This document shows, one piece after another, positions 54,840 to 62,902 of a stretch of 64,000 nucleotides of DNA. Made by a program: the position numbers and the translations under genes. Each line of letters opens with the position of its first letter. The stretch's first letter is position 1. This stretch comes from Patescibacteria group bacterium (GTDB lineage: Bacteria > Patescibacteriota > Patescibacteriia > UBA1558 > GWA2-36-10). Location of the stretch: the NCBI GenBank assembly GCA_041650755.1, contig JBAZKN010000002.1:5030-69029 (forward strand), written 5' to 3'. The notes under the pieces are model-generated. The model was not told the DNA's origin, searched no databases, and saw nothing but the letters and a program-made list of their open reading frames with translations.

Positions 54840-56129
54840 ATGGGAAAGAAATTTTTATTTATTAGTATTGAGGGTTTGCTTTGCGATATTGCTTGGATTA
54901 TTTCCAAGGAGGGCAACGAAGTAAAATTTTATATTAGAGATGCCAGCGCTAACGACATTGGTCTTGGCTTTGTGGAGCGAGTCGATAATTGGGAAAATTG
55001 GGTTGACTGGGCAGACGTCATTGTCTTTGATGATGTTTTGGGGCATGGTGCTATGGCTGAAGATTTGCGCAAACAGGGCAAGCTGGTCATAGGCGGTACC
55101 AGGTATACCGATCGTCTGGAAGATGACAGGAGTTTTGGCCAGGAGGAGATGAAAAAACACGGCATTTCCATTATTCCTTATCAAATTTTTACCTCCTTTG
55201 ATGAGGCCGTTGAGTTTGTCAAAAAAAATCCCTCCCGTTATGTTATTAAATCAAGCGGCGAATCACACGTTTCTAAGGCTTTTTTATTTATTGGCGAAGA
55301 GGATGACGGTCAGGATGTCTTGCATATTTTGGAGGCCTATAAAAAAGTTTTTGCTGATCAGGTCAAAGAGCTCCAGCTGCAAAAGAGGGTAGTCGGCGTT
55401 GAGGTGGCAGTGGGAGCATTTTTTAATGGGCATATTTTTTTGAATCCGATCAATGTAAATTTTGAACATAAAAAATTATTCCCCGGCAACATCGGCCCCT
55501 CGACCGGTGAAATGGGCACCAGCATGTTTTGGAGTATGCCCAATAAGATATTTAATGCCACTTTAAAAAAATTGGAAGAAAAATTACGCGAAGAGCATTT
55601 TGTCGGCTATATTGATATTAATTGCATAGTCAACGGTAACGGCATTTATCCCCTGGAATTTACTTCCCGCTTTGGTTATCCGACTATTTTTATTCAACAA
55701 GAGGGCATAGCTATGCCGATGGGAGAATTCTTTTACAAAATGGCAGCCGGCGAAGATTTTGCCATCAAGACCAAAAAGGGTTTTCAAATAGGTGTCAGGA
55801 TTATAGTGCCGCCCTATCCATTTGATGACCCAGCCACCTTTGATTCTTTTTCTAAAAATGCCGTGATTTTGTTCAGAAAGCCAAATTATGATGGTGTGCA
55901 TTTTGAAGATGCCAAGCAAGATAAGGGCGAATGGCTGGTAGCCGGCGATGCCGGCGTAGTGCTGACTGTCACCGGCAGTGGATTGACCATGAAACAGGCC
56001 CAACGGCATGTGTATAATCGGGTGAGTAACATCATGATACCTAACATGTATTATCGTACGGATATTGGCGATCGCTGGTATGAAGATAGCGATAAGTTAA
56101 ATACCTGGGGCTATTTAAGAGACTCATAA
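54840..56129 (+). CDS. PurD-like ATP-grasp ligase
   Basis: LE.DR, FEHKK.FPG..GP.TGEMG, LEFT.RFGYP, YRTDIG; lacks the canonical PurD N-terminal GxGGREH. Confidence 0.7.
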   Translation: MGKKFLFISIEGLLCDIAWIISKEGNEVKFYIRDASANDIGLGFVERVDNWENWVDWADVIVFDDVLGHGAMAEDLRKQGKLVIGGTRYTDRLEDDRSFGQEEMKKHGISIIPYQIFTSFDEAVEFVKKNPSRYVIKSSGESHVSKAFLFIGEEDDGQDVLHILEAYKKVFADQVKELQLQKRVVGVEVAVGAFFNGHIFLNPINVNFEHKKLFPGNIGPSTGEMGTSMFWSMPNKIFNATLKKLEEKLREEHFVGYIDINCIVNGNGIYPLEFTSRFGYPTIFIQQEGIAMPMGEFFYKMAAGEDFAIKTKKGFQIGVRIIVPPYPFDDPATFDSFSKNAVILFRKPNYDGVHFEDAKQDKGEWLVAGDAGVVLTVTGSGLTMKQAQRHVYNRVSNIMIPNMYYRTDIGDRWYEDSDKLNTWGYLRDS

Positions 56130-56131
56130 AT

Positions 56132-56914
56132 ATGGCAAAAATAGGTTTAGTGTTGAGCGGCGGTGGGACAAGGGGCCTAGCCCATATCGGTGCTTTAAAA
56201 ATTTTACAGGCTTTGGGCATAAAATTTGATTATGTGGCTGGTTGTAGCATCGGTGCCATCATCGGTGCTTTTTATGCGGCCGGCAAGAGCGCCAAAGAGA
56301 TGGAGGATTTTATTTTATTAAACAAGGTTTATAAATTATTAAATTTTTCCTTATCATCGCTGGGCATAAACAAGACAAGTAATTTAGAGAAGGCCATTTT
56401 TGATGTTATCAAAGTAAAAAAATTTGAAGAATTAAAATTGCCGCTTTTTATCAATGCTACCAACTTGAGCCAAGGCCAGGAAGTTATTTTTAAATCGGGT
56501 GATTTATTTGCCGCCATTAGGGCCAGCATTGCCGTGCCGGGAGTATTTGCTCCGGCAAAAATAAAGGGGGACTTTTATGTTGATGGCGGAGTCTTAAACC
56601 AAAATCCATTTGCCATTTTGCCCAAAGATACCAGTCATTATATCATTATTAATGCTTCACCTTTTGAAAAAATGGGGTATAAGAAAAAATTAAATTTAGT
56701 AGATATTTTGGCAGCCAGTATAAAAATGATGCAAAACGAGATTAGTTATTTGAAGCTTTCCCAAGTGCCAGACGACAAGGTAGTATTGATTGAGCCAGAT
56801 TTGGAGGGGCGCAGTCTTTTGCAGGGCACTAAACATTTTCATGATTTGATAAGAAAGGGAGAACAGGCAGCCCTAGCTAAGCGGTCAGAAATAAAAAATA
56901 AATTTAATATCTAA
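56132..56914 (+). CDS. patatin-like phospholipase (RssA type)
   Basis: LSGGG.RG.AHIG, GCSIG, DGG. Confidence 0.88.
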   Translation: MAKIGLVLSGGGTRGLAHIGALKILQALGIKFDYVAGCSIGAIIGAFYAAGKSAKEMEDFILLNKVYKLLNFSLSSLGINKTSNLEKAIFDVIKVKKFEELKLPLFINATNLSQGQEVIFKSGDLFAAIRASIAVPGVFAPAKIKGDFYVDGGVLNQNPFAILPKDTSHYIIINASPFEKMGYKKKLNLVDILAASIKMMQNEISYLKLSQVPDDKVVLIEPDLEGRSLLQGTKHFHDLIRKGEQAALAKRSEIKNKFNI

Positions 56915-56969
56915 AAATAAAAAACCGCCCGGACCAAGTTCGGCCAGCGGGCGAGGAGGTGGGGTGAAA

Positions 56970-57182
56970 CTATCTTGCCAGACGGGCGCGGATCGGACCG
57001 CGAGGATAGCGGCGTGGATTGCGGCGGCGCAAGCCTTCTCCCAAGCCCTCGGCTTGGGTTTTGGATCTTGCCCATAAGTTGGCCACAAACACTTCTTGGC
57101 CTTGGGCGTCTACATAGACATTGTAATACTGCTTTTTGTTCTTGTCTGGAGAAGGACGGCTGGTGTTGGAGCATCTAGACAT
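56970..57182 (-). CDS. 70-aa basic orphan protein, GC-rich cassette
   Basis: GGGGAGG SD; promoter TTGACA(57259)-17-TAGGAT; Arg-rich tail; terminator about 56921-56952. Confidence 0.55.
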   Translation of the reverse strand: MSRCSNTSRPSPDKNKKQYYNVYVDAQGQEVFVANLWARSKTQAEGLGEGLRRRNPRRYPRGPIRARLAR

Positions 57183-57367
57183 CTTGTTGGCCTCCCCAAA
57201 GAGCAGAAGGAACAGATGGTAGCAAAAGCAATCCTAGTTTCAATTTTAAATATTGTCAAGCTCGTGCTATATTGATTATATATGGCCGATAGGACATATC
57301 ATATTATTGGCTGATTGTGGTAGTAGCTTAAGCATAGGTTCAATCAGGCCCTAAGATTGATAACACC

Positions 57368-57814
57368 ATGCAGATTATTAGTTCAAAATTTGCCAATCAA
57401 CAAATCATACCTAGTGACTATACTTGCGATGGCCGCGACGTTAATCCGCCACTGGAGTTTAAAGAGGTACCAGAAAATACCAAAAGTTTGGTGTTGATCA
57501 TGGACGACCCTGATGCTATGAAGCCGGCCGGTAAGGTTTGGGATCATTGGATAATTTTTAATATTCCGCCGGACATCAGAACAATAAGAGAAGGCGAGGA
57601 ACCGCTTGGTGTTCATGGCTTAGGTACCAGTAACAACTTAAAATATCATGGGCCTTGCCCACCAGACGGTCAGCATCGTTATATTTTTAAGTTGTACGCC
57701 TTGGACACCAGTTTAGATTTGCCCCAGTCTAGTACCAAGGGCCAATTAGAGCAGGCGGTGTCCGGGCACATTCTGGCCCAGGCGGAACTAGTTGGTTTGT
57801 ATCAGAGAAGATGA
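57368..57814 (+). CDS. YbhB/YbcL (PEBP) family protein
   Basis: YTCDG, DDPDA, WDHW, Y.GPCPP, HRY.F.LYALD. Confidence 0.9.
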   Translation: MQIISSKFANQQIIPSDYTCDGRDVNPPLEFKEVPENTKSLVLIMDDPDAMKPAGKVWDHWIIFNIPPDIRTIREGEEPLGVHGLGTSNNLKYHGPCPPDGQHRYIFKLYALDTSLDLPQSSTKGQLEQAVSGHILAQAELVGLYQRR

Positions 57815-58440
57815 TTTTTTAGTAATTCAATAACTTCTTGATCGGTCGTTTGCTCAAATTCCTCATAAAAATTTCCCACAGCGCCAAAGTAGTCTGGCGC
57901 CTCCAGATAAACCAATTTATCAACTAATTTTTTTATTGTTTGAGCTGTGTCGCGGGCAATCACCGGCACGGCTACAATTATTTTTTTTGGTTTTTGTGGG
58001 CCGACAGCCAAAAGGGAGGCTCGCATAGTAGCCCCGGTAGCTATACCATCATCTACTAAAATAGCGGTTTTATTTTTTAGTATCAGCGGCGGCCGATTGG
58101 CTCGGTATATTTTTTGGCGTCGCGCGGCTTCTTGCTTGGCGGCGGCTATGCTTTGCTCAAGATAAACATCAGATATGCCGTAAGCAACGATTGAACCATG
58201 ATCCAGGAAAGCTTCTCCGGCCAGAGTGACAGCACCAATAGCAAATTCTGGGTTTTGCGGGGCACTGATTTTTCTGGGTACGATGATATCGAGCGGTAAA
58301 GCTAATTTTTTGGCAACTGCCGCGGCGACTACTACACCGCCACGCGGCAAACCTAAGATGATTGCCTGCCGGTCGTTTTGGCAGGCCTTTAATTTGTCAG
58401 CTAAGTGCCGGCCAGCCGTTTGGCGATTGGTAAATATCAT
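57802..58440 (-). CDS. phosphoribosyltransferase-like protein
   Basis: F..R..AG..LA, LPRGG, VDDGIATG, AVG.FY..F.Q..D.EV; ATGA-coupled to the upstream recombinase. Confidence 0.88.
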   Translation of the reverse strand: MIFTNRQTAGRHLADKLKACQNDRQAIILGLPRGGVVVAAAVAKKLALPLDIIVPRKISAPQNPEFAIGAVTLAGEAFLDHGSIVAYGISDVYLEQSIAAAKQEAARRQKIYRANRPPLILKNKTAILVDDGIATGATMRASLLAVGPQKPKKIIVAVPVIARDTAQTIKKLVDKLVYLEAPDYFGAVGNFYEEFEQTTDQEVIELLKNHLL

Positions 58441-59225
58441 AATTTTTGCCAATATTTTTGAGTGGCACGGGGATTTTGTAAGTGGAGACCAGATTGGACA
58501 TCTCTACCCAAGCCACCTTGACGCTTTATTTGGTGGGCTAGAGTATGGCGGAGGATTTGCGGGGTAATGATAAGCGGCGGCCTTAGTCGGCGGGCATATT
58601 TATCAATAATCCTTTCTACTGATCTAACCGACAGATGATTGACGACTGGATTTTTTTGCGCCCGATCAAAGTTTATAAATAACCAGGGGCTATTGTCGTG
58701 CCGCCAAGCTAAATATTTTTCCAAGTCCGCCCAAGTGAGAGGATCCAAATGAATGCTTTGCCCGTTGATAAATATTTCTTGTTTAATAGTATCGATATCG
58801 TGGCGTTTTAATTTGATTAGTTGGCTGACTTTTAAGCCGCTGTAGTAGAGTATTTCCAGCATAGCTTTATCGCGCCGGCCGATCAGGCTTGTTTGATCAG
58901 AATCAGCAGCCAAAAAAGCAGTCAGCTGTTTTTGGCTTAGCACTTTGACGGCCGGCGCTTGATAGGAAAGCAAGGCAAACTTAAATTTGACCTGTAAAAA
59001 CTCCAGATAGTCGTTGATGATAATAAAATGCAGGTTGAGGCTGCCGACATTTTGGCGCGAGCGTAATAATCGCTCTTGATATTTTTTTAGATTAGCAGTG
59101 TTTATTTTTTGTTTGCCCAAACTAAGCAGAAATTTATCTATATGCCAGAGATAATTTTTAATGGTCAAAGGTTTTAGGCCACGTTTTTTGAGCAGATTTT
59201 GGTATTTGTTTATATTTTTTTCCAT
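58437..59225 (-). CDS. XerC/D-like tyrosine recombinase with degenerate active site
   Basis: RD.A.LE.LY.SGLKVS.L, LS.RSV, TP..LRHT.A, TQKY. Confidence 0.75.
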   Translation of the reverse strand: MEKNINKYQNLLKKRGLKPLTIKNYLWHIDKFLLSLGKQKINTANLKKYQERLLRSRQNVGSLNLHFIIINDYLEFLQVKFKFALLSYQAPAVKVLSQKQLTAFLAADSDQTSLIGRRDKAMLEILYYSGLKVSQLIKLKRHDIDTIKQEIFINGQSIHLDPLTWADLEKYLAWRHDNSPWLFINFDRAQKNPVVNHLSVRSVERIIDKYARRLRPPLIITPQILRHTLAHQIKRQGGLGRDVQSGLHLQNPRATQKYWQKL

Positions 59226-59293
59226 AAATTTACCTTGTTAAATAGTTCCGCAAGGCGGAACTGCCGCTTTGTGGCATTTAACAGAGTAAATTT
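59226..59293. repeat. three-way-junction palindromic element, copy 2
   Basis: AAATTTACCTTGTTAAAT...ATTTAACAGAGTAAATTT enclosing two hairpins. Confidence 0.75.
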
Positions 59294-59388
59294 TATCATA
59301 AAACGACACAAAAAGAAAAACTCGCCGCGTGAGTCCACCTGATGGTGGCGCAGCGAGCTTGAGGGAGAGGGGGGGGTGGGCGGGGTGC

Positions 59389-59859
59389 TTATGTCGAAGG
59401 AGGGTCGACAGCCCTGGTAAGGAAGATGAGGTTTCCCATTCGCCCGTTAAGTCGAGCGATTACAGAGATCGAGACGTCGCGCAGGCAATAGCCCTGGTCG
59501 AGCTTGTGCAGCATGAAATCGTCGATGCGGCCATAGACGCTGGTCGGCAGGATGGTCGTGTTGCCCCTAGTGACCACTGTGTCATCCGGGCTGTAGCAAT
59601 CACCAGTGATGTTGTAGCTGATTTCAATCAGGCCAACTCGCGTCTTGATCTGCTCTTGGTGTGCGTTGCAGTAGTTGACTGTGGCATTCAGACCTTGGTC
59701 GTAGTAGACCATCAAGGCCGCATTCATCATCTGCGCGGCGGAATCTTGGATGGCGGCGATCTCGTCTTTGTTGGGTCCGGTGTGGTGGGCGATTGCGATG
59801 ATGATCACAACCAAGAGTAGTAGGGAGGCAATCGCTGCCGACATATTGTTTCGGTTCAT
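59389..59859 (-). CDS. membrane-anchored orphan protein, GC-rich cassette
   Basis: GAAAGGTGA SD; N-terminal TM; promoter TTGACA(59968)-17-TATTAT; terminator about 59318-59358. Confidence 0.6.
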   Translation of the reverse strand: MNRNNMSAAIASLLLLVVIIIAIAHHTGPNKDEIAAIQDSAAQMMNAALMVYYDQGLNATVNYCNAHQEQIKTRVGLIEISYNITGDCYSPDDTVVTRGNTTILPTSVYGRIDDFMLHKLDQGYCLRDVSISVIARLNGRMGNLIFLTRAVDPPST

Positions 59860-60029
59860 GGGAGTCACCTTTCAAATGAATGAACATTACCCCACATTCC
59901 CTGGGGCAGGGGTTTATGGCTATTTGCCAACAACTTTATATAATAACATATATTTAATTATTTGTCAATAATGTTAAAAAAAATTGACTTTTTACCTGCA
60001 AAATGTTAGTCTATGATTACTTTTAATCA

Positions 60030-60095
60030 TAGAACCCTATGCTTGGTTTGGCCCGACTTAGCTAACTTGAGGTCAGGCTCGGCTTTTGGGAGAAA
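60030..60095 (+). promoter_or_regulatory. putative S15 autoregulatory leader RNA
   Basis: Structured GC-richer 5' UTR between the TTGACT promoter and the rpsO start. Confidence 0.45.
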
Positions 60096-60105
60096 GGTAA
60101 ATATT

Positions 60106-60468
60106 ATGTTAGACAAGAAGAAAAAGATTAAAATCATCGAAAAGTTCAAAACCCACAAAAATGACACCGGTTCTCCGGAGGTGCAAATTGCTATTTTGAC
60201 AGAAGAGATCAAAGAACTGACCAAGCATTTGCGGGAAAATAAAAAAGACTTTTCTTCTCGCCGCGGCCTACTGGCCAAGGTATCTTTGCGCCATCGTCTC
60301 TTGCGCTATTTGGAGCGGGAAGACGAAAAGCGTTTTGTTAAACTCATCAAGGCTTTGGGTTTAAAGTTTGCCAAAAAGGAAAAACAGGATATTTTGGGAG
60401 ACGAGATGATCTTGGGTGCTCCAGAAGAAGCCGAGACCAGCGAAGACAGCAAAGAAATAAAAGAATAA
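60106..60468 (+). CDS. rpsO: 30S ribosomal protein S15
   Basis: DTGSPEVQIA.LT, HL..NKKD..SRRGL; acidic C-terminal extension. Confidence 0.95.
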   Translation: MLDKKKKIKIIEKFKTHKNDTGSPEVQIAILTEEIKELTKHLRENKKDFSSRRGLLAKVSLRHRLLRYLEREDEKRFVKLIKALGLKFAKKEKQDILGDEMILGAPEEAETSEDSKEIKE

Positions 60469-60532
60469 TTTTTATGAAACCCCAAGGCCGTAAAAACCTT
60501 AGGGTTTTATAAAATAAATATATTAACAATTA

Positions 60533-60631
60533 AGGCAAAATAGCGGAGCTTTAGTAGTTGGTAGGCAGATTTTAGATCATGGACAGTGATCTGGAATTTG
60601 TCATATCAACTATAGAACCGACATTTTGCCT
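60533..60631 (+). promoter_or_regulatory. pnp 5' leader long hairpin (probable RNase III site)
   Basis: AGGCAAAAT...TAGTTGGTA...AGATCA/TGATCT...TATCAACTA...ATTTTGCCT; same position as the known pnp autoregulatory stem. Confidence 0.65.
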
Positions 60632-60651
60632 ATAGGAAAGTATCAAAAAAT

Positions 60652-62877
60652 ATGTCGGTACGACAATTTAAGACCGAGGTAGCCGGAAAAGAGCTTACAG
60701 TAGAGATCGGTAAGCTGGCTCAACAAGCTCATGGCTCTTGCACTGTCATTTATGGTGAGACAGTAGTTTTAGCAACTGCTGTGACTAGCTCAACCCAGCG
60801 CGAGGGCATAGATTATTTCCCTTTGCTGGTTGATTATGAAGAAAGGCTTTATGCTGCCGGTAAAATAAAGGGTTCGCGCTTTATCAAGCGTGAAGGCCGG
60901 GCTACCGATGAAGCAATTCTCACCTCTCGTTTGATTGATCGGTCCATCAGGCCATTGTTTAAAGAATCAGAACGGAATGACGTGCAGGTAGTGGTGACAG
61001 TTTTATCTTATGACGGCATCAATGAGCCTGATTTTCCCAGCCTGATAGCCACTTCTATAGCCTTGGGCATTTCACCGATTGTCTGGGGTGGGCCACTGGC
61101 CGGCATTAAGCTTGGTAAAATCGGCGAGGAGTGGGTAATAAACCCCAGCGTCGAGGCTAAACAAAAAAGCGAGTTTGATTTACTGGTTGCCGGCACAGCT
61201 GATCAAGTGGTAATGATTGAAGCCGGAGCCAAACAAGTCCCAGAAGACACCATGATAGCTGCTATTGAATTTGCCGGTAAGCATATTCAGCGTCTGATGC
61301 CCTTTATTGAGGGCGTTATTCGGGATGCTGGCTTACCCAAAATTCAGCCCAAGGTAGATGGAGATGCCGAAGCAGCTCAGCAGATGATTCATGATAAGGT
61401 TTTGGCATTTTTGCAAAGCAAAGATTTATTAGCTTGTTTTCAGCCCGATAAATCAAAGATGAAAACAGCCATTGAGGACATTAAAGCTGAGCTTGATCAG
61501 GTATTAAAAGTTGATAATGAAGTTTCTAAAGATGCTCGAGCCATGGGGGTAGCCATGCTCGATTCTATGTTAGAGAAATCTTTCAAATCTTTGGTTTTGG
61601 ATAAAAAACAGCGTCCAGATGGCCGCGCTTTTGATGAAATCAGACCACTATCTGCTGAAGTGGGGATTTTGCCCCGCACTCATGGCAGTGGTTTATTTGC
61701 TAGGGGCGAAACCCAGGTTTTGTCTATAGTGACTTTGGGTGCGCCGGGAGATCAGCAGCTGCTTGATTCAATGGAAGAATCTGGTTCCAAGCGCTATATG
61801 CATCATTATAATTTTCCGGGGTTTTCTACGGGTGAAGTAAAGCCTTTGCGCGGTCCGGGTCGTCGGGAGATCGGCCACGGCGCCTTAGCTGAAAAAGCCC
61901 TAGTGCCAGTTTTGCCGGATGAGGAGAGCTTTCCCTATACTATCCGGGTTGTTTCTGAAGTATTGAGCTCAAACGGTTCATCTTCACAAGCCTCTATCTG
62001 TGGTTCCACCTTATCCTTGATGGACGCTGGTGTGCCAATTATTGCGCCGGTAGCTGGTATTGCCATGGGTTTGGTAGTTGATGATAATGACCCCAAAAGA
62101 TATGAGATTCTGACAGATATCCAGGGCATTGAAGATCATTCTGGCCATATGGATTTTAAAGTAGCGGGCACCGAAGCTGGCATTACCGCCATTCAATTGG
62201 ATATAAAATTGGGCGGCATTAGCTATCAGGTTGTCAAAGAGACCATTCAGCGGGCCCGTGAAGCTAGAATGAAGGTTTTGTCGGTCATGAAGCAGGCAAT
62301 TGCCGCTCCGAGAGCGGAACTTTCTCCTTATGCGCCGCGGATTATTACTTTGCGCATTGATCCGGATAAAATTCGGGAAGTTATTGGTACTGGTGGTAAA
62401 ATCATCAATGAAATTATTGATAAATGTAATGTCCAGATCGACATTGAGCAGGATGGTTTGGTATTAATTACTTCTACCGACCAAGTTGGCGCTCAAAAGG
62501 CCAAGCAGTGGATAGAAAACATTGTCAAAGATATTACGGTGGGTGAAATTTATGAAGGTAAAGTCACCCAAATAATCAAAGACAAAAATAATGGCAATGA
62601 AATAGGCGCTATTGTAGAATTGTTGCCAGGTAAAGATGGTATGGTTCATATTTCCCAAATTTCTCACTCAAGAATTGCCAAGATCACTGACGTGGTAAAT
62701 ATTGGCGACACAGTCAGAGTCAAGGTAATGGATGTGGATACTGCCAATAATCGCATTAGTTTATCCATGAAAGAGCTTGTGCCCCGTCCAGCCGGCTTGC
62801 CGGAGCATGACACCAGAGATTTTCGGCCTCGTCGTCCCGGCGGTCCAGCCAAAAAGCCATTTTTTAAGCGCTCATAA
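60652..62877 (+). CDS. pnp: polyribonucleotide nucleotidyltransferase
   Basis: FFPL-like YFPL.VDYEE, R.DGR, RREIGHG, SNGSSS, MDFKVAGT, KH and S1 domains. Confidence 0.96.
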   Translation: MSVRQFKTEVAGKELTVEIGKLAQQAHGSCTVIYGETVVLATAVTSSTQREGIDYFPLLVDYEERLYAAGKIKGSRFIKREGRATDEAILTSRLIDRSIRPLFKESERNDVQVVVTVLSYDGINEPDFPSLIATSIALGISPIVWGGPLAGIKLGKIGEEWVINPSVEAKQKSEFDLLVAGTADQVVMIEAGAKQVPEDTMIAAIEFAGKHIQRLMPFIEGVIRDAGLPKIQPKVDGDAEAAQQMIHDKVLAFLQSKDLLACFQPDKSKMKTAIEDIKAELDQVLKVDNEVSKDARAMGVAMLDSMLEKSFKSLVLDKKQRPDGRAFDEIRPLSAEVGILPRTHGSGLFARGETQVLSIVTLGAPGDQQLLDSMEESGSKRYMHHYNFPGFSTGEVKPLRGPGRREIGHGALAEKALVPVLPDEESFPYTIRVVSEVLSSNGSSSQASICGSTLSLMDAGVPIIAPVAGIAMGLVVDDNDPKRYEILTDIQGIEDHSGHMDFKVAGTEAGITAIQLDIKLGGISYQVVKETIQRAREARMKVLSVMKQAIAAPRAELSPYAPRIITLRIDPDKIREVIGTGGKIINEIIDKCNVQIDIEQDGLVLITSTDQVGAQKAKQWIENIVKDITVGEIYEGKVTQIIKDKNNGNEIGAIVELLPGKDGMVHISQISHSRIAKITDVVNIGDTVRVKVMDVDTANNRISLSMKELVPRPAGLPEHDTRDFRPRRPGGPAKKPFFKRS

Positions 62878-62902
62878 TCAAAAAATTTGCGACTTTAGTC
62901 CC

